Shown one piece after another: positions 32,301 through 42,300 of a stretch of 53,498 nucleotides of DNA. Below the pieces are notes generated by a model, which did no database searches, was not told where the DNA came from, and saw only the letters and a program-made list of their open reading frames with translations. Made by a program: the position numbers and the translations under genes. Numbering within the stretch: position 1 is the first letter of the stretch; every line of letters starts with the position of its first letter. The DNA is from Cyanophora paradoxa CCMP329 (lineage: Eukaryota > Plantae > Glaucophyta), in contig QPMI01000248.1 of NCBI GenBank assembly GCA_004431415.1, forward strand, positions 1-53,498. The letters are read 5' to 3'.

Positions 32301-35300
32301 AGGCGCTGCTGCAGGGCCGGGGTGGCGAGGCGGCGGACGAGGCGCCAGCAGGCGGTGCTGAAGGGCTGCAGGGTCACGAAGTTGTGGCCGTGGAGGACCT
32401 CGTCCCGCGTGAACAGCGGCCGGCTCTCGTCCTCCGGCTGCAGAGCCCCGCCCCACGCGTCAGGCCGGCGGGGCGGAGCAAGCGGGGCGGGGCGGGGGCG
32501 GACGTCGTAGGGGACGTCGTCGTGGAGCAGGTCGACCCACTCGAAGGCGTGCGCCACCTCCTCCAGGTCCCCGCTCTGCGCCTCCGCCCCGATCGCCCCC
32601 TCCAGCGGCCCGCAGTCCACCGTCACGATGCTCTCCACGTCGTTCAGGTTCACGGCGACGAGCACGAGCTCCGCTTCGCCGCTCTCCGTCGCCCCCGCCG
32701 GGAGGTGCCGCGCGAAGGCGACGACGCGGTCGTGCGTCCCGAACTTGTGGCGCGCCTCGAGGGCGACCAGGGCGCCCCGCTGGAGCACGCCGAGCCGCTT
32801 GCGCAGGTCGCGCCGCGCGTCGTAGTGCACCTTGATCAGGTCCAGCCCGTAGCCGATCTCCGGCGCGGCGGCGCGGCGGCGGCCGTAGCCCCAGTCGGAG
32901 GAGCCGCGCGCGTTGCTCTCGCGGAGGCGGTTGAGGAGCTCGAGGGTGTGGGCGGGGAGGCCCCCCACGCGGCGCCCCGCCGCGGGGCCGGCCTCGATGG
33001 GGGCGGCCGGCTCGGCGTCGAGGCCGGCGCGGCCGAAGTTGCCGTAGGACATGGAGCGGGACATGGCGAGGCGACGCTGGGCGGCCCCGAGGGCGTTCTC
33101 CGCCGCCTGCTCCTCCTCGGCCTGCATCTCCTGCAGCGCCTTGGTCGCGCTCGTCACCCGCTTCATGTACCGCTCCGCGAGGTGCCGCGTCGGCGTCCCC
33201 GCCGCCGGCTCCCGGTGCCGCTCCACGTACTCCGAGGCGTCCGGCGGCGCGAAGAGGCCGGCGAGGGGGGCGCGGTAGGCGCGGCCCTCGTCCTCGCCGA
33301 TGAAGGTCATGGGGACGTCGGGGAGGAGGAAAAGGAGGTCGGCGGCGACCCAGGCCCCCGCGTCGAACGAGAGCGCGGGGTACGGGAGGGCGTGCGTGCA
33401 GATGGACTGGACGCCGACGTAGCCCTCGGGGAGGTCCGCCGTCGCCTGCTCGAGCGCCGCCCGCACCTCCGCCGACGTGTGCTTCTCCGCGTGCCCGATC
33501 GGCCCGTGCTTCTCCAGGCTCCGCCCGAACATCCCCGCGATCGTCTGCGCCAGCCGCGCCGAGTGCGGCACGCACCCCGAGAGCGCCACCTGCCGCTGCA
33601 CCTCGGCCCTGCCCCGCCCCCCTCAGCCGCCGCCCCGGCCCGGCCCGGCGGGCGGGGGGGCGGGGCGGGGGGCACCAGTCGCAGTCGGCGAGGAGTAGGA
33701 ACTCGGGGTCGACGGCCCAGACGGCGCGGGCGAGCTTGGCGAGGAGCGGGTTCGCGTAGCCGGCGGCGGCGGCCGCGGTGCGCCAGTAGCCGCCGGCGAG
33801 GGCCGGCTTGACGACGCACGCCTCCAGGACCTCGAGGGGCTCGTAGTGCGGCCGCGCCCCGCCCTGGGGCGCCGGGTCCATGCGCATCAGCTCCTCGAAG
33901 TTCGCCTCGAAGAGCTGCGGCCAGCTGTGGCCCCGCTCCAGCCGCACCCCGTGCACCCCGTACTCCCGGCTCTGCGCCCCCGCGTGTCGGCCCCCGCGCG
34001 GGGGGCGGGGCGGGGCGGGGCGGCGCGGGGCGGGGGCGGACGAGGGCGAGGATCTCGGCGACGAGGGTCTCCCAGGTGGCGAGCTTGCGGTAGTTCAGTA
34101 CCGCCGACGGCACCCCGTCCGTCGGGTTCTCCAGCACCACCTGCCCAGCCGCCCCGCGCCCCGTCAGCGCCGGGGCCGAGGCGGAGGGGCGGGGCGGGGC
34201 CTCGCCTTGCGGCCGCGCTCGTCGAGGGTGCTGCAGAAGAGGGCCTCGTACTTGCGCGAGGCGCGGAAGGCGCTCACGAAGTCGGTCGCGTCGACGACGA
34301 CCTTCATGCCGAGCGCCGAGGCGGTGTCGGCGACCTCGCGGAGGCCGGCGGGGCCGCCGGCCATGCCGTTGGCCGCGACGCGGTCGACGAGGGCGAGGGG
34401 CGAGGCGTCGGGGCGCGGGAAGCTCCCGTCCCGCGTCCGCACGTTGTCGCGCTCGAGGGCGCCCATGAGGTACACGGTCGTGATCCCGTCCGCCTTGTAG
34501 CGCGGGAGCGCCTCGCGCACGCGCGCGAAGTCGCCGCGGCTCACGAAGGCGCCCGTCTCCCGGTCCCACTCGCCGTCCTGCATGTCCACCACCACTGCCG
34601 CCCCGCTCAGAGAAGAAAGGAAAGGAAAGGAAAGGAAGGGCGGACCCTCGTGGATCTGCTCGGAGCGGACGTCGCGCGGGAGGACGACGAAGCGGCCGCG
34701 GACGCGGCCCTGCGCGCCGGCCGGCAGGTTGAACGGCTGCGTCGAGACGCCTCCGATGCGCGCCAGCCGCCAGTCGAAGAAGCCGGCGCGCGGAAACGGC
34801 TTCAGGTCGACCTGCGTGCGGCGGTCGGCGGCGGCGCGGGCGCGGCGGGCGGCGCGGGGGTGCGGACGGTAACGAATCCGTCATCGTCGATGGTGAGGGC
34901 GTGCTGCGTGAGGAGCAGCTCGCTCGAGTAGAAGTCGTACGAGGGGCCGAAGACCTCGAGCACGACGCGCGAGAGGTCCACGCTCGGGTCGTCCGGCCGG
35001 ATCCCGGTCATGACCGCGAAGGGCTCGCCCACGGCGCGCACGCTGGCCTCCAGGGGACGCCCGCCGAGCTGCCAGTCGTGCCCGTCGTACACGGCGTTGA
35101 GGATGCGGACGGCCGCCTCGCGCGCCGCCTCAAAGGGCGACCCGAGCTGCGTGACCGCGAGCTGCTCCGCGAGCCGCAGCGACTCCTCGTCGTCCAGGAA
35201 GTGAAGGCTCGCCAGGCCGGCCTCCAGCTCGCCGAGGACCGCCAGGCACTCGCGCTCCTGCATACCGGTCAAAGTCGCCAGCATCTCCTCCAGCCGCTCC

Positions 35301-35766
35301 GCGCCGATGCGGTGCTGTGCCGCCGCCTGCAGCCGCGCGCGGAAGGCCTCCCCAGCCGCCTGCCAGCTCGGGGCTTTCACGCGCTTCTCGGAGTAGTCGC
35401 GGCGCGCGGCCTCGGCGTCGATCTTGAGGGCGCGCAGGTTGTAGAATTCCTTCACATCGTCTTGGGGCTCCTCGTACGCATTCGCGGGGAGCCCAACAGC
35501 TGCGGCAATGGCCTGGGCGACGGCTGCGGTCGGTCGCGCGGGCGGGCTGGTGGAGGGTGCTTCGCGCGCGGTGTCCTTCTGGGACCTGGGCGTGCGCGGA
35601 GCGCGGGCCGATCAGCATAAAAGAAACGCGCCCATAGAGATATTGCGCACTGCGCGGAGGCCTCGCCCTTGCCCGGGGCGGACATGTCAGCGTCAATCGG
35701 CAGACCCGCTGGTTCGGTCGCCGTTGCAGAGGGGGGCTTCGTTGTCGGCTTCTTCTTTGACCCCAT
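29359..35766 (-). CDS. Large alpha-glucan (starch/glycogen) synthase: GH13 amylase-like domain + GT5 + C-terminal CBM48, spliced
   Basis: GT5 motifs: FVTPELGKWSTVGGLGVMVDEL, VVSPYY, NDWFTGL, HIVHNL, GFPNGI, FVGRITEQKGVHLI, LMPSLFEPGGIVQQEFFVAGTPVIAFKTGGLKDTV. CBM48: ISGSWDAW...LPAGSYVYKFIVDGEWKH...NN. GH13-like: GITTVYLMG, LGMKVVVD, LNYRKLATWE. Confidence 0.92.
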
Positions 35767-36661
35767 CGTTGCTGAACCGCTAATGACGATTGGGCGCGAA
35801 ACAGCCGAAACAGCTGGTTGCTTGCGCACGCAAGATGTCTACGAACTCGGGCTTGCGCGCCACGTATAGCCCAAAATTGTATTGGGCGGCTAAAAGCCTA
35901 GCCCGCGCGCAGCTCTGTGCTTGCGCGCTCGAACTTCAAGTTGGCTCCGCGCGCACCAAACGAATGACCGTACCCGGGACTGGATTCCCCCTCCCCCGTG
36001 CAATTTGATCGCCGAGTCCGGTAGGTACTAGTCGTGACGGCGCAAACGGGACTCGGCGGCGCTCTGGTGCGCTCAGATATCGATACTGCTGGGTTAACGT
36101 TACGTATACTGAGCCAGCGAGTGCCGAGCTCAAATATGGCCCAGGGGCCCGGGCCCACTGGGCCATGGCCAGGCCTAGGGGCCGCGCGCCCGGCCGCGCC
36201 GCGCGCGCCGCGCCGCGCGCGCGCGCCGACGCGTAGGTACGCGTACGCCGCGCGCGCGGCGCGCGCCGGCGCCGCCGCGGGCGTATCATATATAGAATCA
36301 TTGAATGCCATGATGGCGCTTGCAAAATTGAGAACCGGCGCTCGCGGCCGCCCGGCCGGGCCGTACTACGTCTACGGTACGGCTGCGATACGGTACCTCT
36401 CATGATCAGAGCCCGAGAGTCTACGAGCACCCACGTGCACAGCCGCGGCCTCGGAGCCTCGGAAATTCACTGATCATGATCATGATTCACCGAGTCAACT
36501 GGCAATGACTCCCGGCCCATTTCCGAAGTTCCAAGTTTGGCAACTTGCCATGCCCCACTGGGCCACCCGCAACCAAGATGCGTTCACGGTTTCCGGCCGG
36601 CGGCGGCCATGAGGATTCCCATGCCATCATGGCATCCGATGATCATGATCATCGGATGGCA

Positions 36662-36980
36662 TGTCAAAGTCATGTCATCGATTGTTGCCGATAGGGTTTC
36701 CTAGCCGTTAGTGCTTCGTTTGCACTTCGTTCGCAGTAGTACCGTGACTTGACCCGCGGCTTCTCGCGATTTCCTGAGTCACTGTACCCCTGTACGAAGA
36801 TGCGACCCTAGCTACTTTTTCTGACTCTAGCTTGGTACTTTCCGGTAGCCGTGTCCTAGGGTACACAGTAGTCTGTGATTAGCAGCTTTCTCTTGCAACG
36901 TGACAGCCTGCTCGCCTGCTGCTGGTACGCTACGGGAAGGTTGCTAAGGTCTACTGGGACGTATAAAACCTCATAAAACA
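36662..36980 (+). repeat. Candidate 5' LTR
   Basis: AT-richer non-coding block just upstream of gag. Possible termini are TGTCA (36662/36673)...TGACA (36905) or TGTT (36683)...AACA (36980), with TATAAAA at about 36962. No partner LTR lies in the window and no clear tRNA PBS was found. Confidence 0.35.
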
Positions 36981-37361
36981 TCCTCGCCGGGACCAGCGCA
37001 CGCCAGCTGACGGACTTGCTGCGCACGTCCGTTGGCCGCGAGCGTGAACCCGCTGGACTACGAGGAGGCGAACGCTTGACGCTTTCGGAGAGCACCGCTA
37101 CTGGCGGACGCACTCCGCTGACCCGCCTCGCCGCCGACGCTTCCCTTCTCGAAGCTTCGGACGCGCCTCCGCCGCTCACTCGCGCAGTTGGGAGCAGCCC
37201 GCCGTACCGCGGCATCGGCTAGCTCCCTGGCTCATCGTTCGTGCCGCGCGCGCATCGGGGATCGGTTGCGGCGGTCCGACTCGAACGACGGTCACGGGCC
37301 AGCTCGCGTACCGTACTGCGGTCGCGGCCCGACGGCAACGTCTACGTCGAACGACCGCGTG

Positions 37362-39350
37362 ATGGAGCGCGAAGGCATGACTTCCGGCGAGATGGCCCGA
37401 CCTTCCCCCGGCCAACTGACAATGCTCAACCGCACGGCCCGAGTCGCAGCGGCGCACGCCGAGGAGATCGCGCGCCGGCGAGTCATGGGCGCGGAGCCGC
37501 CGCAGGCGATCAAGATGGAGGACGGCAAGATGGGCCACACCACCGGGATTCCCGTCTCGCCCAACGGCGTCTTCCAACATCACAACGCCATCCGTTCGGC
37601 TACTCGCGGAGACAAGAAGTACTCCCTGCTGGACGACGGTTCGCAGGCGGCGTACCACGCCGTCGATTTCGGTGTCCGTTCGCTGCCGGCGGGACTAACG
37701 GAAGTCTACCGTTCGACGGTCGAGTTGCACCGGTCTCTCGTCGAAAACCTCGTCGACGCAGAGAGCGAGCTCACGAAGGCGAAGGCGACACTCGCGACGG
37801 CTACGGAGGAGGCGGCCAAGGAGGCGGCGCAGAAGGCCGTCCAGACGCGACAGGCCGTCGTCGACAAACTCCGGGCTGAGATGCCCTCGGACATTATTCG
37901 CGGCGTCCCCTCGTACATTAAGAGCCTCGTTCGCATGATTGACCCCGCTGAGCGCAAGCGTCTCAAGGAGGAGCTCATCGCGGCGTACGATGGCACTCAA
38001 CTGGACCGTATTTTCGCCAACATCTGTGACCTCATCGCGTTCACTGACCTGCCGCGTGACAAGACGGGCCACACTGTGCAGGCGCTGGACGTCTATGACA
38101 CGCTCGAGCAGCAGATCACGGAGCGCAAGACGCTACACCACGGCCTGTACTCCGGCCTCCCGTACGAGCAGCAGCGCAAGGCCAATTACGACCTGGCGCT
38201 GAATCTACTGCCGAAGCTGAAGACGATGGCGCAGGACCTGTCGCCGACCGATGGGATGACTCCCAAGGACAAGGAGACCTGGTTTAACCTCTTCTGCACT
38301 CGTGCGCAGTCGCTCATTCGGGAGGCGGGCTTTCTGATTGTGACGACGACTGCTGGGGAGCCCTCGATTCCTACTGGGAATTCGAAGAAGGGCGCCAGCA
38401 TCAACGCGGCGAACGTCGACGGGTACGATTACGACAACGATGGCGACGACGGGTACACGGCGCCGTACAGCGGCACTCCGTACACCCACCGCCTTCGTCG
38501 TCCCCTGCGCCCTCGGCCCGCACTCGCAGTTACTCGGCTCTTCGGTCAATCTCGTCCACACGACGCCGTCGACCCCGCCGACAACCAATCCGATCTACCA
38601 ATCCGCCCTCCCCGCGCCCCAGCAGCCGGCGCCGGGCCACAAGCCCGTCCCGGCTGCTGCGACTGGCACGCACCGGTGCCCGGGAAGGACTACGGCAATC
38701 GCCCGCCCATCGGCCGCCCCTACGATTACGCCCGTACGCAGACGGTCACGGCGATCCGTACGAGCCAGGGCTACCCGCGCGACGCGCGCCCGAGGGTGAG
38801 GCCCGGCACCAACGATCACATTTGCACACGTTGTCGGTCGTTGGGAGCCGCGGACATCCATCACTACTCTGACGACTACCACGAGTGTTGCTCTCACCCG
38901 TACCGTCGGGAACTACTCAAATTCGTCAACCAAGGCTGCCAAGACCCCGAGGTCCTGGCTGCGGCCCGCCTCTGCGGCCTCATCCCTGGCGGCCCGCAGG
39001 CACCGTCCTACAACGCGGTCCCCCGCCGTCGAACTCTGTACCCGTCGCTCCGGCGCAGCTACAAACCGCCCCTTGCAGGAACTGCGGCGAGCACGGCCAC
39101 CACGCGTCGGCGTGCACGAAGCCGGTGCGCTGCTACAACTGCGGAGGGAGGGTCACACGCAGAACCGCTGCCCCAGTGGCAAGCGCCAGCACGACGGCGG
39201 TCCCCCACACGGTCCGTCCCCGAAGCGTGGCCCCGATGGTGGTGCTGGCGGCGCAGGAGGCGGCGGGCACCGTGGTGGCCATCGCGGCGGTGGCAGGGGC
39301 GGCTACCAGAGCGGCGGTGGAGGCGGCGGCCAAGGCGGGACGGGATCTAA
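37362..39350 (+). CDS. gag: Gag-like region with coiled coil, Cys/His cluster, two CCHC zinc knuckles and Gly-rich RGG segment (frameshifted)
   Basis: CRNCGEHGHHASAC (39074) and CYNCGG/EGHTQNRC (39131-39171, split by a 1-nt shift), followed by GGHRGGHRGGGRGG. Confidence 0.8.
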   Translation: MEREGMTSGEMARPSPGQLTMLNRTARVAAAHAEEIARRRVMGAEPPQAIKMEDGKMGHTTGIPVSPNGVFQHHNAIRSATRGDKKYSLLDDGSQAAYHAVDFGVRSLPAGLTEVYRSTVELHRSLVENLVDAESELTKAKATLATATEEAAKEAAQKAVQTRQAVVDKLRAEMPSDIIRGVPSYIKSLVRMIDPAERKRLKEELIAAYDGTQLDRIFANICDLIAFTDLPRDKTGHTVQALDVYDTLEQQITERKTLHHGLYSGLPYEQQRKANYDLALNLLPKLKTMAQDLSPTDGMTPKDKETWFNLFCTRAQSLIREAGFLIVTTTAGEPSIPTGNSKKGASINAANVDGYDYDNDGDDGYTAPYSGTPYTHRLRRPLRPRPALAVTRLFGQSRPHDAVDPADNQSDLPIRPPRAPAAGAGPQARPGCCDWHAPVPGKDYGNRPPIGRPYDYARTQTVTAIRTSQGYPRDARPRVRPGTNDHICTRCRSLGAADIHHYSDDYHECCSHPYRRELLKFVNQGCQDPEVLAAARLCGLIPGGPQAPSYNAVPRRRTLYPSLRRSYKPPLAGTAASTATTRRRARSRCAATTAEGGSHAEPLPQWQAPARRRSPTRSVPEAWPRWWCWRRRRRRAPWWPSRRWQGRLPERRWRRRPRRDGI

Positions 39351-42300
39351 CGCCACCCTCCTCGGCAATCCCGCCCCGATGCAGCGCCCGACTGGCCCCG
39401 TTGTTGACGCGCCGTCTTCGCGCCCGACTGGCCCCGTTGTTGACGCGCCGTCTTCGCGCCCGGCTGGCCCCGTCACTGACGCGCTGCCTTCGCGCCCGAC
39501 TGGCTCCGTTGCTGACGCGCCGTCTCCGCGCCCGACCGGCCCCATCGCTAACGCGCCGCCCCCGAACCCTCGCCCGACTGACCACGGAGACGCCGTGCAG
39601 TCCGGTGGTCCTGACTCGGGCCGGGAGACCGAGGCTACGACGGACAGCCTGGCCATGGTACCGATCGCTCCGGTGCAAACTGTCCCGATCACGCCGACGC
39701 AGCCCTCGGCATCGGACATCGCGCACTTCGTTCGGGACGTCAACGCCACGACGGCGACGCAGCCGGTAACGTCGGCGGCGGAGAGGACGGCCCCCGTCCC
39801 GTCGCCATCCCCGTCGCTGAACCCGCGTCGCCGTCCCCCTCGTCGACTCACGCGACCGGCCCGTCGTCGCCGGCCCCGTCTGACTTGTCGACAGAGATGG
39901 AAACGGGAAGCCGTACTGCGGCCGAGTCCCGTGTTCCAATTCGGTGTGCGCAGCCCCGGCGGGGCGTCACTGCCGGCAGTATCCGCGACCTCATCAACGC
40001 TGGCCTCCGCCGGCACGACCACACTCGCATGTCCGCCGCCTTGGCTCCCGTCACGTCCAAGAAAACCCCGCTCTTCACTCGAAACTTTGGCCGTATGCAC
40101 CGCCCGCGCCCGAACGCCATCAATCCCGTCGCCCGCGTCGCAGTCACGAGGTCGCTCACCTTCGCGGCCGCCCCTCGGCGAAGAGCACGAACTCCGACGC
40201 TGACTCTGTGCGGGAGCCGAAGACCCGGACGTACTGCGCCCTGGGGGACCCCGTCACAGAGTCGCCGATGGACACTGCACTCGGCCCGCTAACCTCCAAA
40301 TCGAGCACCGACTCCCCCGCAGCCACCTCGCAGCAGGAGGGGAACGTCTCGAAGGGAAGTGGGCGGCCGACCCCGAACTACAAGGCCCCGCCCGCCAAGA
40401 TGCCCGAAATCGACTCGCTACCGGCGGTCGAGGGCTGCGAGTCCTTGGTACCCCTTTGCACTGACTGGCTCGACAACGTTGCTTACAACATGCACACTCG
40501 CCGTGTTAACAACCGCATGCACGTCGACGGCATCCAGTGCACTGACTGGCTTCGTGATGGCATCCCTTCGAGCGACCAGCGCCAGATCCACGCGCGTACC
40601 ATCCTTTACTGCCCCGCCCTCCAGATGCTCACGACGTACCTCGAGCCGAAGGGCCCCGGTGTCTGCTGGGCTCGCGTCCGCAACGCTATCGATGCGGAAG
40701 GCGACTCGGAGGAGGCGCGCGCGCACCGCTTCCCCAAGCCCCACGACAACATGTACCCCGTCTTCACGCAGGCCTCCAATTACCGTACCGCGGTATTCAC
40801 GGAGGATGCGCACATGCCTCGCCGTCGGACCTGTCTTTCGCCAACGAGACGTGTGCTGACTGCCACCCCCATGTCGTCGGCCGCCAGGAGAATGGTACCC
40901 TTGTTGCCCGCCCCATTCCCTCGGCACACCGTCGTGACGCGCCCAATGACGGACTTCGTACTGCTCACTCCGCGCTCATCGCTGCGCTTGAAAGCCTCCC
41001 TACGTCGCACCCCGTTCGTGACCCGACCAGGGAGATGGAGTTCTTTGTGATCGCCCGCGACATCTCCGGACACGCGAAGAACGGGCGGTTCCCGATCCCG
41101 CCGGCGCTCGACGTGAACCCCGGCATCCCGTGCGCTGACGGCACTCACGCTCACCACAGCCACCCGCATTGGCACTTGCTGGCGACCCGCCCGCTCATCA
41201 ACCCGAAAGGCCACAGTGAGCACAAGCGTCTGAATGCGGCCGTCACACGCATAATTGCAGACACGGCCACTGAGGATGACGTGACAACGTTGCGCACGTG
41301 GATCGCAATCGCCCGTGAGACGACGACTATCGCGGCAATTAACACTAACATCTCGAACACCAACGAGCAGCTTCGCCGGCCCTACCGGGGCGCTGAGGGC
41401 GAGCAGCTGTTACACTTGGTTGAAATGGCAGCGATGGCCATCACGAACACGGGCGCCCCGCCGCCTCGCACGCGGCAGGCTGCGGCCAACCACGTCACGA
41501 GTGTACTGCGTAAGGAGCTCGAGGCATTCGATGTTGACACTACGGTTCAGGCAATCGTCAACGCTCTGTGCGCCCGTCGTGTCTTCACTTTCACCGACGG
41601 CGCCATGGACACAACCGACGCGCCGCCTGCACCTACGACAACGCTGACGCTCCCAGGAGCTGCTGTCGTCGAGTCCCTCCTGAACCGTGTCAAGACGTCC
41701 TTCACCGACGCGCAGAACCGCAGCCCAACATTCATGCGCCCCAACCGACGAACGGCCGCTGTCAATTACGTTGAGAGCACACTCCGCACGTACCTCCGTG
41801 GCTACGACGTCGAGTCTACGATCCTACTTCTCGTCTACATTCTCGAGCGCGAGGGTGAGCTACGGTTCGCCTCAGGCCCTGACGCGACTTCGGCAAAGGC
41901 TGCTGACGCCTACGCTCGTTTCGTCGCGGCAAACGCTCCGACCGACCCCGTCGCCGGACCCAGCTCTGTCGCGACGGCAGAGGGCCTCGCCCCTGAGGAC
42001 AAGACGCCAATCGTCCCGCCGACCACGCCCACTCCACCCGCGCCCGCCGTACTGCGGCCCAAGGCGTCGGAGGACAGGGCTGACAATGACCCCATCAACC
42101 GCAACCGGAAGTTGCGCGAGATGCTGATGGACATTGCGGAAGACTCGATCACGCTCATCGCTCGTCGCCACCAGGCAGCGGGGAGGTATGAGCGCGAGGG
42201 TGGAGACCGCGTCTTCGCCTCTCGCACGGTCGAGAAGATCATGGTCAGTGTTGGGGGACAGCAAATTCTTCTCTTCCTGTCGCCAGTCGACATGCCTGCA

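Noticed and set aside
108-34870. Introns as an Introner-type transposon family
   Set aside because: They share low-complexity composition but no extended sequence identity, terminal inverted repeats or consistent target duplications that I can see.
1-35800. Hundreds of long Pro/Arg/Gly/Ala-rich ORFs on both strands in the ORF track (e.g. 25847-28777, 976 aa)
   Set aside because: Artefacts of extreme GC content and unspliced introns. The real proteins appear only after splicing.
36981-37000. tRNA primer-binding site after the candidate LTR
   Set aside because: The sequence TCCTCGCCGGGACCA does not begin with TGG, and I cannot assign a complementary tRNA.
41146-41400. Helitron/Rep HUH endonuclease gene nested in the retroelement
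   Set aside because: Only a PHWHLL match. No motif 1, no catalytic YxxK and no helicase motifs are visible, so it is kept only as a weak metal-binding candidate.
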